This document shows, piece by piece, positions 8,731 through 16,527 of a stretch of 23,282 bases of DNA. The translations under genes and the position numbers were made by a program. The stretch comes from a bacterium (GTDB lineage Bacteria; Margulisbacteria; WOR-1; O2-12-FULL-45-9; XYB2-FULL-48-7): contig JBDRLW010000015.1 of assembly GCA_043812655.1 (NCBI GenBank), positions 1 to 23,282 on the forward strand. Direction: 5' to 3'. A model generated the notes under the pieces. The model was given only the letters and a program-made list of their open reading frames with translations. It had not been told where the DNA came from and ran no database searches. How positions within the stretch are numbered: position 1 is the first letter of the stretch; every line of letters begins with the position of its first letter.

Positions 8731-10503
8731 TTAATGTTGGCCTACGATCGATCGATAATAATCGTTGCTGGCAAGTAAAAGATCATGCTCCCCTTCCGCT
8801 TGCAATCTTTTCCCTGCCAAGACTAAGATCCGATCGGCTTTTTTGATGCTTGATGGGCGATGGGCAATAACGACCAGCGTTTTGCGGGCAACCGCGGCAG
8901 GCAAAGCTTCAAATAGGGATTCTTCGGCCGGAACATCCAAAAAAGAAGTCGGCTCATCAAAAAGGAGGATATCAGGATCTTTAACCAAAGCCCGGGCGAT
9001 CGACAATCTTTGTTTTTGCCCTTCGGATAGATTAACTCCGTTTTCTCCTAAAACCTCATCGTACCCTTTAGGCAGGGAAACAATAAAATCATGGATGCCG
9101 GCTGTTTTTGCCGCTTTTTCAATCTCTATGCGGTCCGCACTATTATTCCCATAACGCAAATTATCACTGATCGTCCCCGACAGGAGCAATGTCTGCTGGG
9201 GCACATACCCAATCCGTTGACGCAATGAACTAATAGCGAATAAAGTCATTGGTTGGCCGTCAAACAAGATCTCTCCTTGGCCAGACCGGTAAAAACCTAG
9301 GATCAAACTGCCTAAGGTCGTTTTCCCCGTCCCACTTGGTCCGATCAACGCCACATGCTCCCCCGGATCGATCGTAAAAGTGATGTTTTCTAAGACCGTT
9401 TCCCTGCTATCATAAGAAAAACACACATTTTTAAAATCAATTTTGCCGGCTAATTTTGTTATTTCTTTCCCCTCTTTTTCTTCCGGGATAATATCATAAA
9501 AGGCGCCTACCCTTTCCAGCGCGGCTAAGTTCCTTTGCAATCGAAAATTTAAATACGCCAGGGATTGCACCGGATTTAAAACTAACCCTTGGCAAGCGAT
9601 AAAAGCATAAAGCGAACCCAATGTCCAATTGCCGGTCGCCACAAGGATACAGCCTATGGCCAGGGGTAAAAAGCGCCCCAAATCGTTCAATGAACTTATC
9701 GCAAAATTAGAAAACGACCAATAAGTGGTCATCATCAAGAAAGATTTTTTTGTTTCCCCAAGCCCTTTAGCCAAACGCCTCGTTTCTGTCTCTTCGGCCG
9801 CAAAGGATTTTATCAGCGGAATAGAGGCCAGTGCTTGCTGGGTTATTTGCGAAACTACGGCCTGGCTTTCAAGCGTCCCATGGCTTAAGGCTCTCGTCTG
9901 TTTGGAAAAATATCTCGTGCTCCAAAACAAGAAAGGAACTATGGCCAAAGAAGCCAGCGCTAGGCGCCACTCAAGCCGGAAAAGTATAACGACGCCAACG
10001 GCAAAGCGAATAATACCGCTGATTATCTGGACGCTGGTTCCCGACAAGAACCCTCTAAACTCTTGCAAGTCCTGGGTAAGACGCGACAACAAATATCCGT
10101 TTTCTTTAGTGTCAAAGAATTCTTTGGGAAAATGCAGAACTCGATCAAAAATACTTGCCTGGATACTTAAAGTAACTTTTTGGCTAAAGCTGGCCAAATA
10201 ATACTGCTGGATAACGCCACCGATCTTTTCAATTATTTTTACGCCGACCAGCAACAATATTATTATAAAAAATAGATCTAATTTCCTGCCAATTAAGACC
10301 GTATCAATAAAATACCGGCTAATAAGAGGATAAATAAAACTCAAGGGAGCCAGTAACATGAGCAGTCCAAGCCCAACCAGAAAACCGCGCCAGTATCTAA
10401 CAAAAACCGGCTTTAAATAATTTAACTTCCCTTTGATGGGTAAATGATCGGCTGATGATTTATAAGCAAGACTTTGCCTAAAGTACCAAAACCATTTTTT
10501 CAC
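8731..10503 (-). CDS. ABC exporter, fused permease/ATPase (no C39 peptidase domain)
   Basis: N-terminal TM domain, Walker A GPSGTGKTT, signature LSEGQKQR, Walker B ILLFDEPT, and IAHR switch. Confidence 0.93.
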   Translation of the reverse strand: MKKWFWYFRQSLAYKSSADHLPIKGKLNYLKPVFVRYWRGFLVGLGLLMLLAPLSFIYPLISRYFIDTVLIGRKLDLFFIIILLLVGVKIIEKIGGVIQQYYLASFSQKVTLSIQASIFDRVLHFPKEFFDTKENGYLLSRLTQDLQEFRGFLSGTSVQIISGIIRFAVGVVILFRLEWRLALASLAIVPFLFWSTRYFSKQTRALSHGTLESQAVVSQITQQALASIPLIKSFAAEETETRRLAKGLGETKKSFLMMTTYWSFSNFAISSLNDLGRFLPLAIGCILVATGNWTLGSLYAFIACQGLVLNPVQSLAYLNFRLQRNLAALERVGAFYDIIPEEKEGKEITKLAGKIDFKNVCFSYDSRETVLENITFTIDPGEHVALIGPSGTGKTTLGSLILGFYRSGQGEILFDGQPMTLFAISSLRQRIGYVPQQTLLLSGTISDNLRYGNNSADRIEIEKAAKTAGIHDFIVSLPKGYDEVLGENGVNLSEGQKQRLSIARALVKDPDILLFDEPTSFLDVPAEESLFEALPAAVARKTLVVIAHRPSSIKKADRILVLAGKRLQAEGEHDLLLASNDYYRSIVGQH

Positions 10504-10516
10504 AAGCCGCTTCTAT

Positions 10517-10801
10517 TCAATTCTTCGCTTCGCAGCCGACGAACCCTTTTTCCGCCAAGCTGACAATAAAATCATTAACCTGTTTTTCAACGCTTGCGGG
10601 GACTTTTGACCATTCTTGTTTTATTTTGTTAATTATTTCGTCGTGAGTCGCCTTCTCTTCCAGTTGTTTCCAGATAAAAACCGAGATCGGGTTCAGCCCA
10701 AAGGTTTTACCGGTATCAGGATCAAAAAGCAGGGCCCAATCATCAAACTCTTCCCGAAGGACTATATTTGGATTTATTATCGCTTTTTCCATTGTTGCCA
10801 T
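10517..10801 (-). CDS. scmD: PqqD-family RiPP recognition element (SynChlorMet ScmD-like)
   Basis: 94 aa with NPNIVLREEFDDWALLFDPDTG...GLNPISVFIW...FIVSLAEKGFV, a PqqD/RRE pattern. AAGGAG RBS upstream. Confidence 0.85.
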   Translation of the reverse strand: MATMEKAIINPNIVLREEFDDWALLFDPDTGKTFGLNPISVFIWKQLEEKATHDEIINKIKQEWSKVPASVEKQVNDFIVSLAEKGFVGCEAKN

Positions 10802-10838
10802 TTTTTCACTCCTTATTTATTTTAAATAACCCGGTTAT

Positions 10839-10847
10839 ATTATATCA
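10839..10847 (-). promoter_or_regulatory. Possible internal extended -10 promoter (TGATATAAT) upstream of scmD
   Basis: TGnTATAAT in the 78-nt gap between the peptidase and scmD, followed by a leader with an AAGGAG RBS. Confidence 0.5.
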
Positions 10848-10879
10848 ATTCTTTCGGCCAATAAACAGAAAAACGCGCC

Positions 10880-11476
10880 TCATTGTTTCCCAAGGTTTTT
10901 TTCATCAACGATCAAGCCCCAGGGCCGCCGTATCTGCCATTTTTCACTATCCGGCAAACGACGGCCGATCATTCGCTGGCCAAAAAATAATTGCGATTCT
11001 TCGGTGTTTTGTCTTCTAAAAACGGCGATCCTGATCTTATTCTTGAATAAACGACTAAAGATCCCACGTTTCATTAGCCAATTGTAAGGGACGATCAGCA
11101 AGTTAAATGTTGTGTTTATCGCCAAACGCCTTAGTCGAACCTGCACCATATAAAGCTTGGCTTTTAGCCCTCTAGGGACAACCAGTCGCTTATTCTCCCG
11201 ACCAATAATATTTACGCGGCCAATTATCCGCTCAAGCGGGACAATGTCATCATCAACTTTATGGCTATTATCTCCTCTTGTTTTCACTCCGGATGAGAGG
11301 ATCGAAACAACACGATGAACCCCCTGCCGTTTTTTTTTACTGGGGTTAACAAAAACAACCACATCGCCAACTCTTACCGGTTCATTTTTTTCATAAGATA
11401 CGACTTCAAGCAGGTCTCCCACTCTAAGCGTTGGGTTCATGCTGGGCCCCTGGTAAAACATTTTTTGTGCCTTCAT
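10880..11476 (-). CDS. S26/S24 signal-peptidase-like protein (Ser-His type), candidate leader peptidase
   Basis: GPSMNPTL (catalytic Ser), GDVVVF, VHRV (His) and TRGDN. No N-terminal TM anchor. ATGA overlap with scmF. Confidence 0.85.
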   Translation of the reverse strand: MKAQKMFYQGPSMNPTLRVGDLLEVVSYEKNEPVRVGDVVVFVNPSKKKRQGVHRVVSILSSGVKTRGDNSHKVDDDIVPLERIIGRVNIIGRENKRLVVPRGLKAKLYMVQVRLRRLAINTTFNLLIVPYNWLMKRGIFSRLFKNKIRIAVFRRQNTEESQLFFGQRMIGRRLPDSEKWQIRRPWGLIVDEKNLGKQ

Positions 11477-12549
11477 AATAAACGCGTTTTCGGCAATAAT
11501 CCTTTTTTGGCCGCCTCTTCACAATACCAAAAAGGAGCGAATAAATTCTTATTCCGATAATAATTTTGCGCGATACAGCTCCCCAAACAGCGCCCTTTCA
11601 GCAGACAATTCCCGCAAACTCCTTCCAATTTATCCGGCAAACCATTACGGATTTGATTTAAAACAGGATCATTGGCCCAAACATCAGCTAGTTTATCGAT
11701 AGCCGCGTCACCAAAGATCAACTCCGGAATATTTTCTCCGATCCCGCATAAAGCATATTTGCCGCTGGCCAGTACTCCCAGCAGCCCAAAGATCCCGCAA
11801 ATCCCACAGCCTGTTCCGTTCGCCCCATAGATCCTGCTAAGCGGGCGAAAAGCCATCGGATGGCTATACATTAATTTGATCTTTGTTTTAGTTGACAGCT
11901 CTTCCTCAACCCATTTACCGATTTCAATTAATTCGGTGATGTCCAGTGTTTCCCCTGCTTCATGCATTTTTTCTCCCCGAGCGGTCGGTTGGACAATATT
12001 AATTTTTACTGAACCCGCGCCGGCTTCTTCCGCCAACTTTACTAAGGATTCGAGTTGTTCTTTGTTACCCTTCATGATAGAGAATATTATTTGCGGCTTA
12101 AAACCGGCTGCTACCAGGTGGTAGATCCCTGCCCACGCTTTTTCAAAACTCCCTGGCACCCCTCTTACCCATTCATGGGTTTTCGCGTCAGCCCCGTCGA
12201 TAGAAACAGAAACAAAGGGGCTTTTACAACTTTTCATCTGTCTGGCTAATTCAGCGGTAATTAAAACCCCGTTCGTTTCAACGGTAAGCGCCAAGTCCTG
12301 TTCTTTAATATGATCCAAGAGCTCCCTGATCTCTGGATGCAAAAGAGGTTCCCCACCCGTCAGCTTAACCTTTGAAAGCCCGAGCGGTTTGGCTTGTTCA
12401 ATGATCGATCTGAACAAGCCCAAAGAAAGGGTCGGGTAATGCTCTCCCCCCGCTTGGAATTTTGGCGTGATCCAGCAATGCCGGCAGGCCAGATTGCACC
12501 CTTCGGTCAAGTAAAAATAGAGGCAATTCAGTTTGTGTTTATTTTCCAT
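11473..12549 (-). CDS. scmF: Radical SAM/SPASM peptide maturase (SynChlorMet ScmF-like)
   Basis: YFYLTEGCNLACRHCWI, TGGEP, and SPASM cysteines CGICGI...YALC...CGNCLLKGRCLGSC...C. Start ATG 12549 overlaps the scmE stop. Confidence 0.85.
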   Translation of the reverse strand: MENKHKLNCLYFYLTEGCNLACRHCWITPKFQAGGEHYPTLSLGLFRSIIEQAKPLGLSKVKLTGGEPLLHPEIRELLDHIKEQDLALTVETNGVLITAELARQMKSCKSPFVSVSIDGADAKTHEWVRGVPGSFEKAWAGIYHLVAAGFKPQIIFSIMKGNKEQLESLVKLAEEAGAGSVKINIVQPTARGEKMHEAGETLDITELIEIGKWVEEELSTKTKIKLMYSHPMAFRPLSRIYGANGTGCGICGIFGLLGVLASGKYALCGIGENIPELIFGDAAIDKLADVWANDPVLNQIRNGLPDKLEGVCGNCLLKGRCLGSCIAQNYYRNKNLFAPFWYCEEAAKKGLLPKTRLL

Positions 12550-13687
12550 GCACAACCGCCGTTTCAGCCGGTAATTCCCCCCCATCGGCCAAATATTTTT
12601 TTAAGCATGAATCAGGGCTGTAACTGTATTCGTCTCCTGTAATTGTATAAGATAAAGCCGGGCATCCGCCGGCGCAATAATTAACATACGCGCAATCACG
12701 GCAATACCCAAAATCACTTAACGGGATGTTTCTCCGCTCTCTCATTTTAATAAGTTCTGGGTGATTTCGCCAAATTTCACCAAGATCATCTTTATTGATC
12801 TGCCCCAACTCCAGATGCGCAATCTGGATGCAAGGCACAATAACCCCATTAGGCTTAACAGCTAGCTTGGAAAAAACTCCCCCACAACTTACTAAGTACC
12901 CCCGGCCGGGAAGTTCTTTTTTTCCTTCCTTGCGCGCTGTTTCCATTTCAACCCAGGTTTTAGCCTCCACTAAAGGGCCGGCCGCCGCAGAAATGCGGTT
13001 ATGATACTTTTTGTTTAGCCTCAATAAAGCGTCCATCGCGGCTTTTCTCTCTGCAACTGTTAACTGGACCATTTCCGCGTTAGCCCGGCACAGCCCTAAG
13101 TGGGAAGCGGAATTTGTTGAAAATCCCGGCAAGCCGATCTCATCTAAAAGAAGTTTCGCGATCTTATCAAGCTCATAGACATTTCCCCGGAATATCGTTA
13201 CCCTAACAGCCACCGGAATATTATTTTTCTTTAACTGTCTTATCCCTTCGACCGCTTTATTAAAATTTCCTCCCCCTCTAAGGATATCGTGGGTTTCAGG
13301 CGAGGAACCGTCGATCGAAACCTGAACATTATTGCATCTTTTGGTCGAAGCAATATAGGCGGCTGTTTCATCGGTAATAAGCGTTCCATTTGAGAGGATC
13401 GAGAACCTCAGCCTGTTCTTAACGATCCCGGAGATCAATTCTTTCAGGTCTTTACGGAGGAAAGGCTCCCCACCACAAAGGGTGACTTCGGTCACGGCCA
13501 AGCGTCCCAATTCAGCAAAAAACTTAAGCCAGTCTTTTGTTGGCAAGTCATTTTTAACTTCATCGGCGCTCCCAAAATGGCTGCAATGTTTACAGCGCAA
13601 GTTGCACTCGTTCGTAATTGAGATCTCTACCGACCGGGGCGTTCTTGGTGCTTTTCGTTTAAGATCCATTTGTTTGTTTTTTTTCAT
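12539..13687 (-). CDS. scmE: Radical SAM/SPASM peptide maturase (SynChlorMet ScmE-like)
   Basis: RTPRSVEISITNECNLRCKHC, GGEP, and SPASM CGGV...VPC...CRDCAYVNYCAGGC...DSC. Confidence 0.85.
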   Translation of the reverse strand: MKKNKQMDLKRKAPRTPRSVEISITNECNLRCKHCSHFGSADEVKNDLPTKDWLKFFAELGRLAVTEVTLCGGEPFLRKDLKELISGIVKNRLRFSILSNGTLITDETAAYIASTKRCNNVQVSIDGSSPETHDILRGGGNFNKAVEGIRQLKKNNIPVAVRVTIFRGNVYELDKIAKLLLDEIGLPGFSTNSASHLGLCRANAEMVQLTVAERKAAMDALLRLNKKYHNRISAAAGPLVEAKTWVEMETARKEGKKELPGRGYLVSCGGVFSKLAVKPNGVIVPCIQIAHLELGQINKDDLGEIWRNHPELIKMRERRNIPLSDFGYCRDCAYVNYCAGGCPALSYTITGDEYSYSPDSCLKKYLADGGELPAETAVVHGK

Positions 13688-13709
13688 TTCCAGTTTTTTC
13701 TAGTCGCAC

Positions 13710-14933
13710 TTACAAACAATATACAGGGAACATATTATTAGCCAATTCCCCGTGATAATACAAAACAGCAATAGGTATTTCAGGATAGGCCCGTTGGAAC
13801 CCATATAATGTTTTAGGCAATTCCGCGGTTTTCTTGATCTCCAAGGCGACCCTTTTATTGTTTTCAAGGTCAACAATAAAATCGATCTCTTGCTTTTGCT
13901 TTGTCCGCCAAAAATTAAGGGCTAATCCCCGCTTTAAGATCTGCATAGCGGCGGCATTTTCTAAAAGGAACCCCGCGTCTTCCCTTTCATCTATCCTCCT
14001 AAAATCGTTGAGTATATAATTCCGGAGACCAGTATCAAAGAAATAGACTTTTGGGTTTTTAACGATCTCTTTCCTCTTGTTCCTGAAAAATGGTTTAGGA
14101 AAAGCGCAAATAAAAGTTTTAGCCATAAAATTCAAATATTTTTTTATTGTCTGGTAGGTGAATTCCGAAGTTTGGCCGATCTCATTATATTCGATCAGGT
14201 TACCGATCTGCAGCGCCAGGGCTTTGATCATTTTGGCCAGCTTGTAATCATCGATCAATCCCAAAATATCCTTAACTTCCCGCAAGAAATACGTGTTAAA
14301 AATATTTTTTAAGACTTCCTTTTTTTCTTCCGCGTCAGCGCTCAAAACAACCCGAGGATATCCGCCATAAATAGAATATTCATTATAATAATTTTTCAGC
14401 TTATCAGCTTCCGCTTTGTCAAGACCTTGGAAACTAACACTTTCCAGGTCGGATAAATCGATCTTGTGCCTATGGTAGGCTTCCGCTGTCGCCTTGTCTT
14501 TGGAGACCAAAAATTCTTCAAAATCAAAGGTATATAAATTAAAGACAAATATCCTGCCGACCAAATGTTTGATCGCGCGGACTGTTAATTCCGCGACCGA
14601 TGATCCAGAGATAAAGACCTTGGTTTTACTGGCGGTTAGATCGTATATATATTTAAGGAGCTTTCCGCCTTTTTTTGAATATTGGAATTCATCGATAAAA
14701 AGATATTTATTCGGTTTGATATATTGTTCAATAAATCCATCAATGTCCTGGTCAAATAGATCCAGAACCTTTTTATCTTCAAACGTTATAAAAACGGCAT
14801 TATTTGCTACGCTATCGTAGAGCTTTCTTAATAAGGTGGTTTTTCCACACTGCCTTGGTCCGACAATGGCGATAATTTCCGGCTTTTCTATGTATCTTAG
14901 AATTACATCCTCAATTTTTCGCTTTATATACAC
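13710..14933 (-). CDS. AAA+ ATPase (AAA_14) with C-terminal DUF4143 / PD-(D/E)xK-like domain
   Basis: Walker A GPRQCGKTT, Walker B LFIDEFQ, SGSS, GGYP, PKVYFFDTG, and FWRT...EIDFI...LEIK. GTG start with AGGGG RBS. Confidence 0.9.
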   Translation of the reverse strand: MYIKRKIEDVILRYIEKPEIIAIVGPRQCGKTTLLRKLYDSVANNAVFITFEDKKVLDLFDQDIDGFIEQYIKPNKYLFIDEFQYSKKGGKLLKYIYDLTASKTKVFISGSSVAELTVRAIKHLVGRIFVFNLYTFDFEEFLVSKDKATAEAYHRHKIDLSDLESVSFQGLDKAEADKLKNYYNEYSIYGGYPRVVLSADAEEKKEVLKNIFNTYFLREVKDILGLIDDYKLAKMIKALALQIGNLIEYNEIGQTSEFTYQTIKKYLNFMAKTFICAFPKPFFRNKRKEIVKNPKVYFFDTGLRNYILNDFRRIDEREDAGFLLENAAAMQILKRGLALNFWRTKQKQEIDFIVDLENNKRVALEIKKTAELPKTLYGFQRAYPEIPIAVLYYHGELANNMFPVYCL

Positions 14934-14950
14934 AATTTTAACCCCTATTT

Positions 14951-14980
14951 ACTATAATTTAACGATAACTTAATTATAGT
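14951..14980. promoter_or_regulatory. Palindromic operator candidate ACTATAATT-N12-AATTATAGT
   Basis: Perfect 9-bp inverted repeat (14951-14959 / 14972-14980) overlapping the -10 box and the predicted start site. Confidence 0.6.
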
Positions 14981-15001
14981 TATAATAGCCGAACTTGTCA
15001 A
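14973..15001 (-). promoter_or_regulatory. Consensus sigma70 promoter TTGACA-N17-TATAAT for the AAA/DUF4143 gene
   Basis: On the minus strand, TTGACA at 15001-14996, a 17-nt spacer, and TATAAT at 14978-14973. Confidence 0.85.
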
Positions 15002-15024
15002 GCGATCGCTTTAATCCATACAGC

Positions 15025-15951
15025 TTAAACTGCCTGAACAGCCTGGGCCTCAATAATCCCCTCCAAACAATCCCAAAATTGCCCCTTTAGGCTAACTTTA
15101 AAAACATACGCCGGGATCTGTTTTGCCAAAGCGCAAGAATTTTCAAACAATTGATGCTTCGTTGCCAGCTTTTTTTTATTGTCCAAGTCCTTTAGGCAAC
15201 GCCTAAACGCTTGTTCTGCTGATTGGTAGATCCGGCCTGACGCGGCGCCCGGACCCAGCGGAATAAGAAGATCTTCCTTGGCCCGTTCTAAGAATAAGAT
15301 CGCTTTTAACGGGTAAGACTCTTGAGTCTTCCAGCTTTGTTTTTCTCTACCGACAGTAAAATTACTCCAAGTAGGGAAAGGGTGCGCCTGATAATCGTTA
15401 TCGCCCGCCCGCACAACCAACACCTCATCATCAGCCGGTGCTACCCAAGGAGCCGGGACTCTGGCGCAACATGTTGATTTTCCTATCCCGCCACAGGCCG
15501 GCAGGATAAAGCCCAGGCCATCTTTAACTATTAACCCGGCATGAAAAGGGAGGCCCCCTTTGGCTAAGGCCTTTAAATATATGGGAAAGGTTGAATTGAT
15601 CACCAGATCAATATTAATGGGATCATCATTGTTTTCTGTTAGCTCAAAGAGATGATCGTCTGTCCCTTCCCTTGACCAAATAATAAGCCGATCGCCAATT
15701 TTTTGGCCTAGCCATTCGTCAGCCTGTAAATATCTTTTTTCTATTCCAGAAATATTTCCGGTAAAGACAATTTTGGGGTAAGGACCAAACCTTCTTTTTT
15801 TTAGTTGCAGGACAGAAGCAATTTGGCTAAGCAGTCTACTATATTGTTTTGAGGAAGTTAATTCCCATTTTTGGCCATCGGCCAGGACCAAGGAATAAGA
15901 ATGTACGGAATCGATGTTCTTAAATAATTCCCGACCTAAACTTTCCATCAA
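15025..15951 (-). CDS. scmC: HPr-kinase-related P-loop protein (SynChlorMet ScmC-like)
   Basis: GGLPFHAGL, P-loop GGIGKSTCC, DD pair (ADDEVLVV) and AHPFPTWS. Start is TTG 15951 or ATG 15948. Confidence 0.8.
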   Translation of the reverse strand: MMESLGRELFKNIDSVHSYSLVLADGQKWELTSSKQYSRLLSQIASVLQLKKRRFGPYPKIVFTGNISGIEKRYLQADEWLGQKIGDRLIIWSREGTDDHLFELTENNDDPINIDLVINSTFPIYLKALAKGGLPFHAGLIVKDGLGFILPACGGIGKSTCCARVPAPWVAPADDEVLVVRAGDNDYQAHPFPTWSNFTVGREKQSWKTQESYPLKAILFLERAKEDLLIPLGPGAASGRIYQSAEQAFRRCLKDLDNKKKLATKHQLFENSCALAKQIPAYVFKVSLKGQFWDCLEGIIEAQAVQAV

Positions 15952-15991
15952 CTCTTTCTAATGACAGGACAAACCGCTTTCATTGAGATTA

Positions 15992-16204
15992 TCAGCCATT
16001 GTCACCGACACTACACCCAAGTGAAGCTCCGGCGCCATCAAAACACACCCCATCTCCATGAGCCCCGCCTATTTCTCCGCCACCACCATCTTCGCAAACA
16101 TCTCCGTCCGAAGGCCCGCTATAACATGCTCCTTGAACAACCTTGCTTTGTAGATCGATCAATTTTGGTTCTTCGTAAACATTCTTTACTTCTTTATTAA
16201 GCAT
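15992..16204 (-). CDS. RiPP precursor peptide 2 (ScmA-like), 70 aa
   Basis: AGGAGG RBS 8 nt upstream. Leader YEEPKLIDLQ; acidic Gly-rich core with CYSG, CEDG, CFDG, CSVG. Paralogous to the adjacent peptide. Confidence 0.85.
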   Translation of the reverse strand: MLNKEVKNVYEEPKLIDLQSKVVQGACYSGPSDGDVCEDGGGGEIGGAHGDGVCFDGAGASLGCSVGDNG

Positions 16205-16229
16205 TTTCTTTCCCTCCTAATTAACTAAT

Positions 16230-16436
16230 TTATACAGGTTGAACTCCCGAACCAATAGCACACACCCCCGCAACCCCCGTTCCTTCACTACATGACCCAA
16301 GCTCGGGCCCTGCCCCATCTCCGCATGATTCCGCATCTGAAGTTCCCTGGTTGCATAACCCGTAAGTAATATTATTATATTGCAGATCAACCAATTTTGG
16401 TTTTTCATATACTTTCTTTTCTTCTTCATTTGTCAT
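16230..16436 (-). CDS. RiPP precursor peptide 1 (ScmA-like), 68 aa
   Basis: Begins MTNEEEKKVYEKPKLVDLQ; core with CNQG, CGDG, CSEG, CAIG. ATG 16436 aligns with the start of the paralog. Confidence 0.85.
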   Translation of the reverse strand: MTNEEEKKVYEKPKLVDLQYNNITYGLCNQGTSDAESCGDGAGPELGSCSEGTGVAGVCAIGSGVQPV

Positions 16437-16443
16437 TACCCAT

Positions 16444-16472
16444 ATTATGATATTTTTTTCAATTTTTATCAA
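16444..16472 (-). promoter_or_regulatory. sigma70-like promoter TTGATA-N17-CATAAT heading the RiPP operon
   Basis: -35 at 16472-16467, 17-nt spacer, -10 at 16449-16444, ending 7 nt before ATG 16436. Confidence 0.65.
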
Positions 16473-16489
16473 CTACCCTACGCTTACCC

Positions 16490-16519
16490 TTGCCCCGGCG
16501 CTTGGGTCTATGCTATCCT
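16490..16519 (+). promoter_or_regulatory. Divergent promoter candidate TTGCCC-N18-TATCCT with extended TG
   Basis: TGCTATCCT (16511-16519) ends 8 nt before GTG 16528; no Shine-Dalgarno. Confidence 0.45.
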
Positions 16520-16527
16520 AAATTACC

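Noticed and set aside
11473..13687. rSAM pair as anaerobic sulfatase maturases or heme/NirJ/PQQ biosynthesis enzymes
   Set aside because: The neighbouring sulfatase-like protein lacks catalytic motifs and no heme or PQQ genes are present. The precursor, RRE and peptidase context fits a RiPP better.
15952..15991. Weak hairpin between precursor 2 and scmC (AATGA...TCATT)
   Set aside because: The stem is short, AU-rich and has no U-tract, which is too weak to call an attenuator by eye.
16217..16429. Alternative-frame 70-aa ORF (MKKKRKYMKNQ...) over precursor 1
   Set aside because: It overlaps the frame that is clearly paralogous to precursor 2, and has no motif or RBS.
15992..16436. Calling the peptides bona fide lasso precursors, ferredoxins or PqqA
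   Set aside because: There is no lasso cyclase or B2 protease in the window, no CxxCxxC ferredoxin motif, and no ExxxY core or pqqBC genes.
16437..16472. N-terminal extension of precursor 1 from TTG 16472
   Set aside because: That TTG is the predicted -35 box, and ATG 16436 aligns with the start of the paralog.
4652..16472. Island as an integrative mobile element
   Set aside because: No integrase, transposase, tRNA target or flanking direct repeats were found; no CRISPR array or RNA gene was seen anywhere in the window.
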